Shown: positions 1-11,100 of the stretch, piece by piece
Numbering within the stretch: the stretch's first letter is position 1
Layout of the letters: each line of letters opens with the position of its first letter
Source of the DNA: Candidatus Oxydemutator sp.
Lineage (GTDB): Bacteria > Pseudomonadota > Gammaproteobacteria > Poriferisulfidales > Oxydemutatoraceae
Direction: 5' to 3'
NCBI GenBank assembly: GCA_965203445.1
Contig: OZ241883.1
Span: 800,001 to 864,000 of the forward strand
Length of the DNA: 64,000 bases
Position numbers and translations under genes: made by a program
Notes under the pieces: model-generated
The model's input: only the letters and a program-made list of their open reading frames with translations
The model's database searches: none
What the model was told of the DNA's origin: nothing

Positions 1-3000
1 TGTCGTCGGCGTCGTAATCTACTTCGTCCCTTGCGATGACGCTGACGACCGCGGAACTGGCTGCATCCAGACGCAACCGCTCCAAACCCCTCGGCTCGCT
101 CAAGCGCACGCGGAACGTCTCTTCGCTTTCTTCCAACACGTTGTCATCCTTGATAGTGATCGTGAAAACCGCGCTGTCGGTGCCCACCAGAACCACCTGC
201 CCGCGCGTCGCCGCGGAAAAGTCGTCCGCATCGGCGTGGCCCATGCCGACGCCGGTGAACTCCACCGACCAGGTCATCGTCACCGCGGGACCGTAAGCGC
301 TCAATGTCACCGCGTACTCCGCCTCCGCGCCCTCCAATTTGTTTCCGGCGCCCTGCGACAACGTCACCAATACGTCGGCCACCGGGCGCTGCACTCGGAT
401 GCCGGTGGTGTTGCCGTTCGGGTAACGCGCGCTTACGCCGCGCAACGCCGGATAATCCAGATTCGTGCCGAAATCCCACGGGTTGTCGTCGTCCAGCGTC
501 GAAACGCCCATCACCGTGCTCGACGTATCGTCCACGTTCAGACCGCTCCAGGCGGCATAAATGCCCTCGGCCGCGATCGGCGAACGCAACGCCTGGCTCG
601 TCTGTGCCGCCGACGACGACACTCTCAGACCGCCCGACGATAAGCTGCTGCGTTGTCTGTCAAAGTAACTGCTCTCTATCGCGGTTGACGCAGCATTGTT
701 GACGCCCACCAGACCGCCGATGTTCCTATCTGGCATTGATATGCCGCCAATTCGAACCGACTGCAGTTCCACCTCTCTCAATGAATAACTCGCTATGATC
801 TTCGCGCCGGGGGCGTTATAACCCACCAGACCGCCGGCATTCATCGCACCCAGCCCCACGTACACGTCGGTGTAGCTGGCAATGATCGTCCCCTCATTGA
901 CGGCCACCAGACCACCCACGCCCCAACCGCCGATCACCCCGACGTCCCTACCACCAATCTCCCCCATAGGCCCCCTCACGTAACTCGCCACCACCTTGCC
1001 GCCGTAATTGACCCCCGCCAATCCGCCCGTCTGTATACTGTTCGGATGCACGAACACGTCCACGTCCGCCAGGCCCACGTTGCGGATGACACCGCCTGCG
1101 CCCAAGCCCTGGAACAAGGCCGCAAAGTGCCAGATAATATCCCGGCTGCCGCCCACTATCATATTGCTGATAACGTGGCCGTTGCCTTCGAACACCCCTT
1201 TGTAAAGGTGCTCCTCGGGCAGCCGTTGACCGTCGCCGCGGTTATCGCGTCCCCCGCCCCCTATCGGGTTCCAGTCCTCGCCCGCCAGGTCCAGGTCGTT
1301 CACCAACTCGTAGCCGGTGCAGCCGCGCGTACACGTCTCCCCCACGTCAAAAAACGGAAACGCGGCTTCGTACGCGACCACGTCTTCATAATCCACGCCA
1401 GCCAGACCTCCGCCTCTCAAGTCATGGGTTATCGCCGCCAACTGCGACGTCGTCGCGACCTCTATCAGACCATCGTCATTTTCGTCGTAGTCCCGCCCCT
1501 GCGGTGCGATGATGCTGACGACCGCGGAAGCGGCGACGCTCAAACGAAAGTTGTCCGGCCCCCGCAAATCAGAAAGCCGCACCCGAAAACGCTCCAGCCG
1601 TTCCAGCACCTCGTCCCTCGCTATCTCCACCGTGAAAACCGCGCTGTCGGTATTGATCAGAACCACCTCCCCGCTCGTCACACCGTCAAAATCGGCCGCG
1701 GCGGCGTGGCCGGTGCTGGCGCCGGTCAACTCCACCGACCAATTCATCGTAACCGCGCCGACGCTCGGAACGTCAAGCTCCACCGCATACGTCGCCGTCG
1801 AGCCTTCCATTGCCAGAAAACCGCCTCGCTGCGACAGCGTCGCCAATATCGGCGGCTGCAAGCGCCGCTGCACCGCGGCACTCGCGGTGTTGCCGGTGGG
1901 ATAACGCGCGCTCATACCGCGCAGCAACGGATAATCCAGACTACTCCCGAAATCCCACGGCGCGTCGTTGAAGTCGCCGTCGCCGGCCACGTCCAACCTG
2001 TCCCAACCGGCGTAGATGCCGGTAGCCTCGGTCGGGATGCGCAACTCGGCGGACGTCTTCGGCGTATTGTCCGGCGACGGCGGGTTCGTGCCGCAGCACC
2101 GCGTCTGTCCGGTGCGCTCGCGATCAAAGTAGCTTGACTGGATCTCCACCGTAGAGAGACGAAACCCCATCAAACCGCCTCTATGGCCTCCCCCGCCGGT
2201 CGGAACCCCTATCGTGTAGCTGGCGCTTACGATGGACACGCCCTGGGCGCTGCCTATCAAACCGCCCGCTCTTTCCCCCCTGCCATGCACCGCGGCGTCG
2301 CTATAACCGGCAATCACGCTTCCCCCGCGCATCTCGCCTACCAGACCGCCTACGGCCCAGCTACCGGTCACCACCCCGCCAACCGCGTAACTCGCCGCTA
2401 TCCTGCCGTAAGCGATCCCCACCAACGCGCCTACCCCCACGCTTTCAGGCGCATGCACGCTCACGTTCTCGATGCCTGCCGAACGGATCTTGCCGCCGGC
2501 GCCCAAGGCGCCGAACAAGCCCACGCCGTCATAACGAGGACTGCCGACGGTTCGTGTGAACTTCATGTTCCTGACGATGTGGCCGTTGCCTTCGAATACC
2601 GCGTTGTAGCGGTCCGATGTCCCTCCCCCGCCTATCGGCGTCCAGTCCTCACCCGACAAGTCTATATCGTTCGACAACTCGTAGCCTTTGCAACCACCCG
2701 GACAAGTCTCGAACTCGTCAAAAAACGGAAATGCCGCGCTATAGGTGGTCGCATATGCTGCCCTGTCGGGCACGCCGTCGCCGTCCAGGTCATAGCGGAT
2801 CGCCGCCAACTGCGACGTCGTCATAACGTCTATCAGATCGTTGTCGTCGGGGTCATAATCGTTCCCATTCCTGGCGATAACACTGACGACCGCGGAACTG
2901 GCGACACGCAAACTCACGTTGTCCGGGCCTTGCAAATTGCTTAGCCGCACCCGAAACGTCTCCCGCAACTCCGGCACCTCGTCCTCTACTATCTCGACCT

Positions 3001-6000
3001 GGAAAACCGCGCTGTCGGTGTTGACGATGGTTATCGTCCCCGTCGTCACCACGGGAGGATTGGCACGACTGGTACTGGTATCGGGAAAATCGGCCACGGC
3101 CGCGTGGCCGGCGCCGGCACCGGCATCGGTCAATTCCACGGACCAAGTCATCGTAATCGCGGCGCTGATGGGAAAATCCAATTCCACCGCGTACGTTACC
3201 GTCGAGCCTTCCGCCACCAGATCGCCGCCTCGCTGCGACAACGCCACCAATATCGGCGGCTGCAAACGCCGCTGCACGTCGGCATTCGTAGTGTTGCCGG
3301 CGACGGGATAACGCGCGCCCACGCCGCGCAGCACCGGATAATCCAAATCACTCCCGAAATCCCACGGCGCGTCGTTGCGCTCGCCGTCGCCGTCCAGATC
3401 CAACTGGTCCCAACCGGCGTAGATGGTGTCCGCCGTCGTCGTCGGGTTGCGCAAATCGAACGATGTCTTCGGCGTATTGTCCGGCGACAGCGGACCCTCC
3501 CGGCCGCAGCACGAACTCTGCCCGCTGCGCCAGCGATCAAAGTAGCTCGACTGAATCCCGGCCGATGGACTGCGCCCCCCCGTCACACCGCCGATCCGGA
3601 AACCGCTCCTTCGCATCGTCGACAACGTGTAACTGGCGCTCACTATGCTCCTGCCGACGACGGTGCCTGCCAGAGCGCCCAACAGCCGAGACATGCTATC
3701 CACCAACACGTTGGCATAACTGGCAATGATGATTCCACTCCCGCCCACGGAGCCCACCAGACTGCCCGTTTGAAAACCGCCGACCACCGTGCCACCCACC
3801 ACGTAACTCGACGCTATCCTGCCGTGGGCATCCCCCGCCAACGCGCCCGTCCGGAAGCTTTCTACATCCACGCGCACGTACACGTCCACCAGACCCACGT
3901 TGCGGACGATACTGTCGGCGCCCAGGAAGCGGAACAAACCCACGTACTCCCAAGCGCGATTCCCGCCGTCAATGCGCATGTTCCTGATGACGTGGCCGTT
4001 GCCTTCGAACACCCCGTTGTAACGGTTCTCATCGGGAAAAGGGGCATTATTAAAAGTGCGCGGCCCACCCCCTATCGGGTCCCAGTTCTCGCCCGACAGG
4101 TCCACGTCGTTCAGCAATTCATAACCGGTGCAGGTGGTAGGACAACCCATGCCCTGCATGGCGCCGGGAAACGCGGTGTCATAATCGGCCGCGGCGGCGT
4201 TGCCGGCACCCGTCAGATCGTGGGTGATGGCCTCCAACTGCGCCCGATTCCGGACGTCTATCAGATTGTTGTCGTCGGTGTCATAATCAAATCCATTCGC
4301 TTCAATAACGCTGATGACCGCGGAGCTGGCGGCACGCAAACGCACGTTGTCCGGGCCTTGCAAATTGCTTAGCCGCACCCGAAACGTCTCCCGCAACTCC
4401 GGCATCCCGTCCTCTACTATCCCGACCTGGAAAACCGCGCTGGCGGTGTTGACGATGGTGATCGTCCCCGTCGTCACCACGGGAGGATTGGCACGACTGG
4501 TACTGGTATCGGGAAAATCGGCCACGGCCGCGTGGCCGGCACCGGCACCGGTCAATTCCACGGACCAAGTCATCGAAATCGGGTCGGCGCTGCGAGCATC
4601 AAGTTCCACCGCGTACGTTACCGTCGAACCTTCCGCCACTACGTCGCCGCCTCGCTGCGACAACGCCACCAATATCGGCGGCTGCAAACGCCGCTGCACG
4701 CCGACATTCGTGGTGTTGCCGGCGACGGGATAACGCGCGCTCACGCCGCGCAGCACCGGATATTCCGACTCACTCCCGAAATCCCACGGCGCGTCGTTGC
4801 GCTCGCCGTCGCCGTCCAGATCCAACTGGTCCCAACCGGCGTAGATGGTGTCCGCCGTCGTCGTCGGGGTGCGCAAATCGAGGGATGTCTGCGGCGTATT
4901 GTCCGGCGACAGCGGGCCCACCCCGCCGCAGCATGAACTCTGCCCGCTGCGCCAGCGATCAAAGTAGCTCGACTGAATCTCGGCCGTTCCAAAAAAACGC
5001 GATGCACTACGCCCTCCCGCCAGACCGCCGATCTGGGAACCGCTCCTTTGCATCGTCGACAACGTGTAACTGGCGCTCACTATACTCATGTCGGCGGCGG
5101 AGCCTACCAGACCGCCCAAAAACGCCCCCGAGCTATCCACCGACACGTTGGCATAACTGGCAATGATGATTCCACTCCCGGCCACGGAGCCCACCAGACT
5201 GCCCGTGAGAAGATCGCCGACCACCGTGCCACTCACCACGTAACTCGACGCTATCCTGCCGTAGGCATCCCCCGCCAACGCGCCCGCGAAGCGGCCTTCA
5301 TCCACGCGCACGTACACGTCCACCAGACCCACGTTGCGCACGACACTGTCGGCGCCCAGGCCGCGGAACAAACCCACGTACTCCCAAATGCCACTCCCGC
5401 CGTCAATGCGCATGTTCCTGATGACGTGGCCGTTGCCTTCGAACACCCCGTTGTAACGGTTCTCATCAGGCATATTATCATCAGGCGAATTATCCAGCCA
5501 ATCGCGCGGCCCACCCCCTATCGGGTCCCAGTTCTCGCCCGACAGGTCGACGTCGTTCAGCAATTCATAACCGGTGCAGGTGCCGGGACAACCCATGCCC
5601 TGCATGGCGCCGGGAAACGCGGTGCCATAGGCGGCGGGGGCGGCGTTGCCGGCGCCCGTCAGATCGTGGGTGATGGCCTCCAACTGCGCCCGATTCCGGA
5701 CGTCTATCAGATTGTTGTCGTCGGTGTCATAATCAAATCCATGCGCTTCAATAACGCTGATGACCGAGGAGCTGGCGGCACTCAAACGCACGTTGTCCGG
5801 GCCTTGCAAATTGCGTAGCCGCACCCGAAACGTCTCCCGCAACTCCGGCATCTCGTCCTCTACTATCCCGACCTGGAAAACCGCGCTGTCGGTGCCCGCC
5901 AGAACCACCTGCCCTCGCGTCGAACCGTCAAAATCGGCCGCCTCGGCGTGACCGGTGCTGGCGCCGGTCAACTCCACGGACCAATTCATCGTAACCGCGC

Positions 6001-7203
6001 CGACACTGGGAACGTCCAATTCCACCGCGTACGTCGCCGTCGAACCTTCCGTTGCCAAAACGCCGCCTCGCTGCGACAGCGTCGCCAATACCGGAGGCTG
6101 CAAGCGCCGCTGCACAACGATATTCGTGGTGTTGCCGGTGGGATAACGCGCGCTCATGCCGCGCAGCAACGGATATTCCGAACTATTCCCGAAGTCCCAC
6201 GGCGCGTCGTTGAAGTCGCCGTCGCCGTCCAGATCCAATCTGTCCCAACCGGCGTAGATGGTGTCCGCCGTCGTCGTCGGGTTGCGCAAATCGAACGATG
6301 TCTTCGGCGTATTGTCCGGCGACAGCGGGCCCACCTGGCCGCAGCACGAACTCTGCCCACTGCGCTCGCGATCAAAGTAGCTCGACCGAATCTGGGCCGA
6401 TAGACTGCGGCCCCCCGCCACACCGCCGATCTGGAAACCGCTCCTTCGCATCGTCGCCAACGTGTAACTGGCGCTCACTATGCTCATGTCGGCGACGCCG
6501 CCTGCCAGACCGCCCAAAAACGCCCCCGGGCTATCCACCGACACGTTGGCATAACTGGCAATGATGATTCCACTCCCGGCCACGGAGCCCACCAGACTGC
6601 CCGTGAGAAGATCGCCGACCACCGTGCCACTCACCACGTAACTCGACGCTATCCTGCCGTAGGCATCCCCCGCCAACGCACCCGTCAGGCGGCTGCCTCC
6701 ACCCACGCTCACGTACACGTCCACCAGACCCACGTTGCGCACGACACTGTCAACGCCCAGGCCGCGGAACAAACCCACGTACTCCAAGCGCCATTCCCGC
6801 CGTCAATGCGCATGTTCCTGATGACGTGGCCGTTGCCTTCGAACACCGTGTTGTAACGGTTCTCATCGGGCAAATTATCATCCCAAACGGGCGGCCCACC
6901 CCCTATCGGGTTCCAGGCCCTGCCCGACAGGTCCACGTCGTTCAGCAATTCATAACCGGTGCAGGTGCCGGGACAACCCATGCCCGGCACGGCGTCGGGA
7001 AACGCAGTGCTATAAGCGGCGGGGGCGGCGTTGCCGGCACCCGTCAGATCGTGGGTGATGGCCTGCAACTGCGTCGAAGTCCTGACGTCTATCAGATTGT
7101 TGTCATTGACGTCATAGTCGACGCTGCCCGTCGGGGTTTGGGCCGCGACGCCGGCGGCAAAAGCCATCAACAGCAAGCACGCGGCAATTCTCATCGTCCA
7201 CAC
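1..7203 (-). CDS. Giant secreted repeat protein (adhesin-like): signal peptide, then >=5 tandem ~470-aa modules (acidic DYDxDDNNLID loop + GLUG-like beta-helix + Calx-beta-like domain); 1-nt frameshift at 6784-6785; runs off the left window edge
   Basis: The N-terminus MRIAACLLLMAFAAGVAA-Q is signal-peptide-like. After the frameshift, spot-checked codons in every module (6781, 5380, 3946, 2524, 1114, 19) share one frame and the ORF track lists no stop-terminated ORF in it. Recurrent motifs: GYELxNDVDL, WxPIG, VFEGNGHxIxN, VGLF, IYAGWD..WDFG..YP. Confidence 0.8.
11..7119 (-). repeat. Five tandem ~1.37-1.47 kb coding repeats plus the start of a sixth
   Basis: The DYD motif starts at 7119, 5734, 4288, 2860, 1492 and 19 (spacings 1385, 1446, 1428, 1368, 1473). 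Units 1-3 are near-identical over long stretches. Confidence 0.9.
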
Positions 7204-7468
7204 CCTGCTATGCGGGATCAGGGGGGGGATAGGCGGATGTCGCGCATCATGCGCTGATTATAATCCTGTATGTTCACTAAAACCGTCCCCCTGAGAAGTC
7301 TCCGAAAAACACGGGCGGTTCAAGGTAAGTTGGCGTCGGGCATCGGCGAATAGATGAGGCGGTCACTTCTCTTATTATAATATACACGGGGCTTTACCAT
7401 CTCGCGTCAGCGCGCGGCGTTCTCGCCGCCGCACGCATGGCCGCCGGTTCGTCGGCTACAATCCGCTC

Positions 7469-8116
7469 ATGGACGACAATGCCGAGCAATTCCTGCGCTT
7501 TGCGCTGAAATACAAGGCCCTGCAATTCGGTTCCTTTGAACTGAAGTCCGGCAGAATCAGCCCCTACTTCTTCAACACGGGCGTCTTCGACGACGCCGGC
7601 GCGCTCGCGCAATTAGGGCACTTCTACGCGAACGCCATCGTGCGCGATGCAGCCCCATTCGAGGTCCTCTTCGGAACCGCCTACAAAGGCATCCCGCTGG
7701 TGTGCGCAACCGCGCTGGCCCTGCACCGGGAATTCGGCGTCACCAAGCCTTTCGCCTACAACCGCAAAGAGGCCAAGACGCACGGCGAGGGCGGGCGCCT
7801 CGTCGGCGCGCCGCTGCGCGGGCGGGTGCTGATCATAGACGACGTCATCAGCGCGGGCACCGCCGCGCGCGAGGCCATCGCCATCATCCGCGACGCCGGC
7901 GCGCGGCCCTCGGCACTGCTCATCTCCTTCGACCGCCGCGAAAAAGGCACCGGGGCAACCTCGGCGGCGCAAGAACTACAGCGACGGTTCGGCGTCCGCG
8001 TGACCAGCATCGCCGACGCGACCCAGCTGGCGGCGATGCTCGAGGCAGACCCCGCGCATGCCTCCTCGCTCGAGGGCTTCCGCGCCTACCGCAAACGCTA
8101 CGCGGCCGCCTCCTGA
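7469..8116 (+). CDS. pyrE: Orotate phosphoribosyltransferase
   Basis: FGSFELKSGRISPYFFN, FGTAYKGIP, NRKEAKTHGEGG and the PRPP motif IIDDVISAGTA. Confidence 0.97.
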   Translation: MDDNAEQFLRFALKYKALQFGSFELKSGRISPYFFNTGVFDDAGALAQLGHFYANAIVRDAAPFEVLFGTAYKGIPLVCATALALHREFGVTKPFAYNRKEAKTHGEGGRLVGAPLRGRVLIIDDVISAGTAAREAIAIIRDAGARPSALLISFDRREKGTGATSAAQELQRRFGVRVTSIADATQLAAMLEADPAHASSLEGFRAYRKRYAAAS

Positions 8117-8146
8117 AGCCACTCCCGAAGCCATGCCGACCCGTTC

Positions 8147-11100
8147 CTACGGCGCCGAAAACGTCCTGCACCGACCCTGGTTCCCCGGCGCGAGCACGAA
8201 ACACCGATCAGCGGACAACACCTCGCCGTCGAAGTCCAAATCCGCGTCCACCGCGTAATTGCCGGCCGCGTCCGGGTCGCGGTACGCGCCCGCGCCCAAC
8301 GACCTCAGGTTGTGCACGCGGATCAATGTCTCGTCCCGCTCGTCTATCACGCCGTTGCGATCCACGTCGCCCGCGAACATCGCATACGTGCCTTGCCCGA
8401 CTTCGGCCTGCCGACCCCCGTGCGACTGCGCGAACCGGAAGTCCACGCAGTAGCCCGCGGTGCAGCCCTCGCTGCCGGGCGCCAATGCATTCGCGGATAT
8501 TACCGACAGGTGGTTGCGGTGGTGCACCAACACGTACACTTGCCCGCCTTCGGGCAGCTCCGTCTCAAAACGCACGCCGTCCAGGAACAGCGCATCCGCC
8601 GCCGTCGCCGCATCCTCGTTGATCCCTGCGATACGACCGTCGCGCAACAGCAGGCCCGTCGCGCGACCGCCCGGCGTCGGCGCCGATTCCAGTATCGCGC
8701 CCACGTTCGCGCCGGTGCGCAGCTCCACCAGCACCCAATCCACTATCGTCGAGGTTACGCCGCTCAATCCAGACCCCTCCCCGACGTGCGGCACCGTCGT
8801 TGTCGCCGGGTAGTTCCACGGAGCCACGTTATAGGGTTGTCGCCTCGGCAAAACGTCTATCAATCCGGTGCTCATGCCACCGGAGCCCGCATACGCACCC
8901 TGCAAATACACGCGCGCGCCCACTATCGGATCCACTATCGGAAGCGCCGGAAGTATGGTCACAGCGGCCGAAGACGCGGCCGCGGATACCTGGTTGGCGT
9001 GCGCGCCACCGCCGCCGGTCGCGCGTTCCAGCAGGACGCGAAACTCCTCCGGCTCCTCGACCTCGCCGTCCACGCGCAGGCGCAGCGTCAACGCGCCGGC
9101 GGTGTGGCTCGCTGCGATCAGCGCCGTGGTCGGCAACGCCGACAGCGGGTTGCCCGCCTCGTCCGCAAAGTCCGCCGGCGTTACGCCGGTGCCGCTTATC
9201 ACAAAGTGCACCGTCATCTCCTCTGACACCGGCACCGATTCGCTGCTCACCGCGAAGACGAAGGACAGACTCTGGCCCTCGTGCGCGTCCGCCGCGCGCG
9301 CTCCTTCCACGCCGACCTCACGGTCGCTCGGGAGAATGTGACCGAGCGCGGAATTGCGCGCACCGATGCGGTGGTAGCCGCGACCGCCCTGAACACCCGT
9401 CAGGACAACGCGGAAACTCTCGCGCGGTTCGACGTCGTCGTCCTGGAAAGTGGCCACCGTCACGACGCCGGCGCTGGTGCCGGCGTTGATCACCGCGCTG
9501 CCGGTAACCGGAAAACCGCGGTGGCGCGACGCGCTATCGGTCGCGTCTGCGAAATCGCGGGCCGCGGCGGCGGCCGCGCCGTCCACGGCGACCGCGGCCG
9601 TGATCGCCCACGTCACCGTCAAGGTCGAGGCGGCCACCGCGGACGCGGTGATCGGAAAAAAGAAAACGTCGCCCTCGCGGCCGGCGATCTCGGCGTCCAA
9701 CGCGATCTCGACCGGATCGCTGGCGCCGATTGTGACGCTGGCCGAGGACTCGCTCAGGAACACGATGAAAGATTCCTCGCGTTCGGAAACGGCGTCGTCA
9801 ACGGCGCGGAAGCGAATGGCGCCGCGGCCTTCGTTCGTCGCGGTCCGGTACGTCAAAGGCAGGCGGTCGAAAAATCCGGGAGGAAGAGGAAACTCCTTTC
9901 CGACGATCTGAAAGTCTTGCCGCCGGACGCCGCCCACGGCCGCAGCGGCGACTTTGTACCGGATTTCGGTACGCGCGGTGGTGGCCGCGGCCACGCTCAA
10001 CGCCGCGCTCTCTCCTTCGGCGACCGCGATCACCGGCGGCGTTATCGTCGCCGGCTGCGGCTGGATGACGGCGACGCGCGAGGAATCACCGGGCAGCGTC
10101 TCGCCGGGCAGCGGAAGGCTGCCGTCGGTAATCGCGGTGGCGATGAACCGAAAGGTCTCGGCGCCTTCGCGCTCGCCGTCAATATTCGTCCATAGATCGA
10201 AACGACCCGTTACCCTGCTTACCCGCAAGCTGCCGCGCAACGACGTCAGCGGCTCGCCCGCTTCGTTGCGCGCGAAATCCGCGGCCGTGATGCCCGTGCC
10301 GGTTATCTGATAGTGCAAAAACTCGTCGACGTATCGCGGAATGAACGTGGGGTATTGCGGAGTGTACCCGAGTATGTCCGGGACGCGCACAAGTGTAAAG
10401 GGCACCGAAATCTGATTCTGGAATCCGAAGGAGAAGCGTATGCTTTCGCCCTCGAGGACCCTCGCGCGATCCACGGACACGCTGCGGATGCGGCTGCCGT
10501 CGTCGTTGATGATAACGCCCACCCCCGAAGACGGAACGCCGATCGCGTGGGACCTGCCGTCGCCGTCCACGACTGCGGTCAGGGCGACCTGAAAAACCTC
10601 CCGCGAGCGCGGCTCGAACTCGTCGTCGTCGGTGATGGGAACGTGGATGGCGCCGCTGGCGGCCGCGTCCGCGTCCACCGTGATCATGCCGCTGAAAGGC
10701 AGGTTTCCGGTGCGCGCCACGGCCGCGCTCGTCGTGCTCGCAAAGTCTTCTATCGAGATACCCGTCGCCGCGGAGGGGCCGCGCCTGCGGCGGTTGATAC
10801 GACAGCCTTCGGGGCACGCTGGGGAGACTCTGAATTCATCGTAGAACTGCGAAAGCGAAACACCCGCGGCGCCCGGAGCCGCGGAGACGGCATAAGAAAT
10901 ATCGAAGGTCCCGGTGGCGGCGTCCGGCAGCAGCACGGTGAACACCGCGCTGCTGCCCTCGGCCACCGCCACCGGTTGCGGCGCCATCCGCATTCGCCGG
11001 TCGCCGGCGCCTATGACCGCACTCGCGGGCACGGCCGAGGGGTTGTTCGCATAGGGGCCGCCGCCGCCCGCGACGTTGCGCAAAACGACCTGAAACCTCT

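Noticed and set aside
11-7119. Diversity-generating retroelement explanation for the variable loops
   Set aside because: No reverse transcriptase or template repeat in the window; the differences include indels and are not adenine-restricted.
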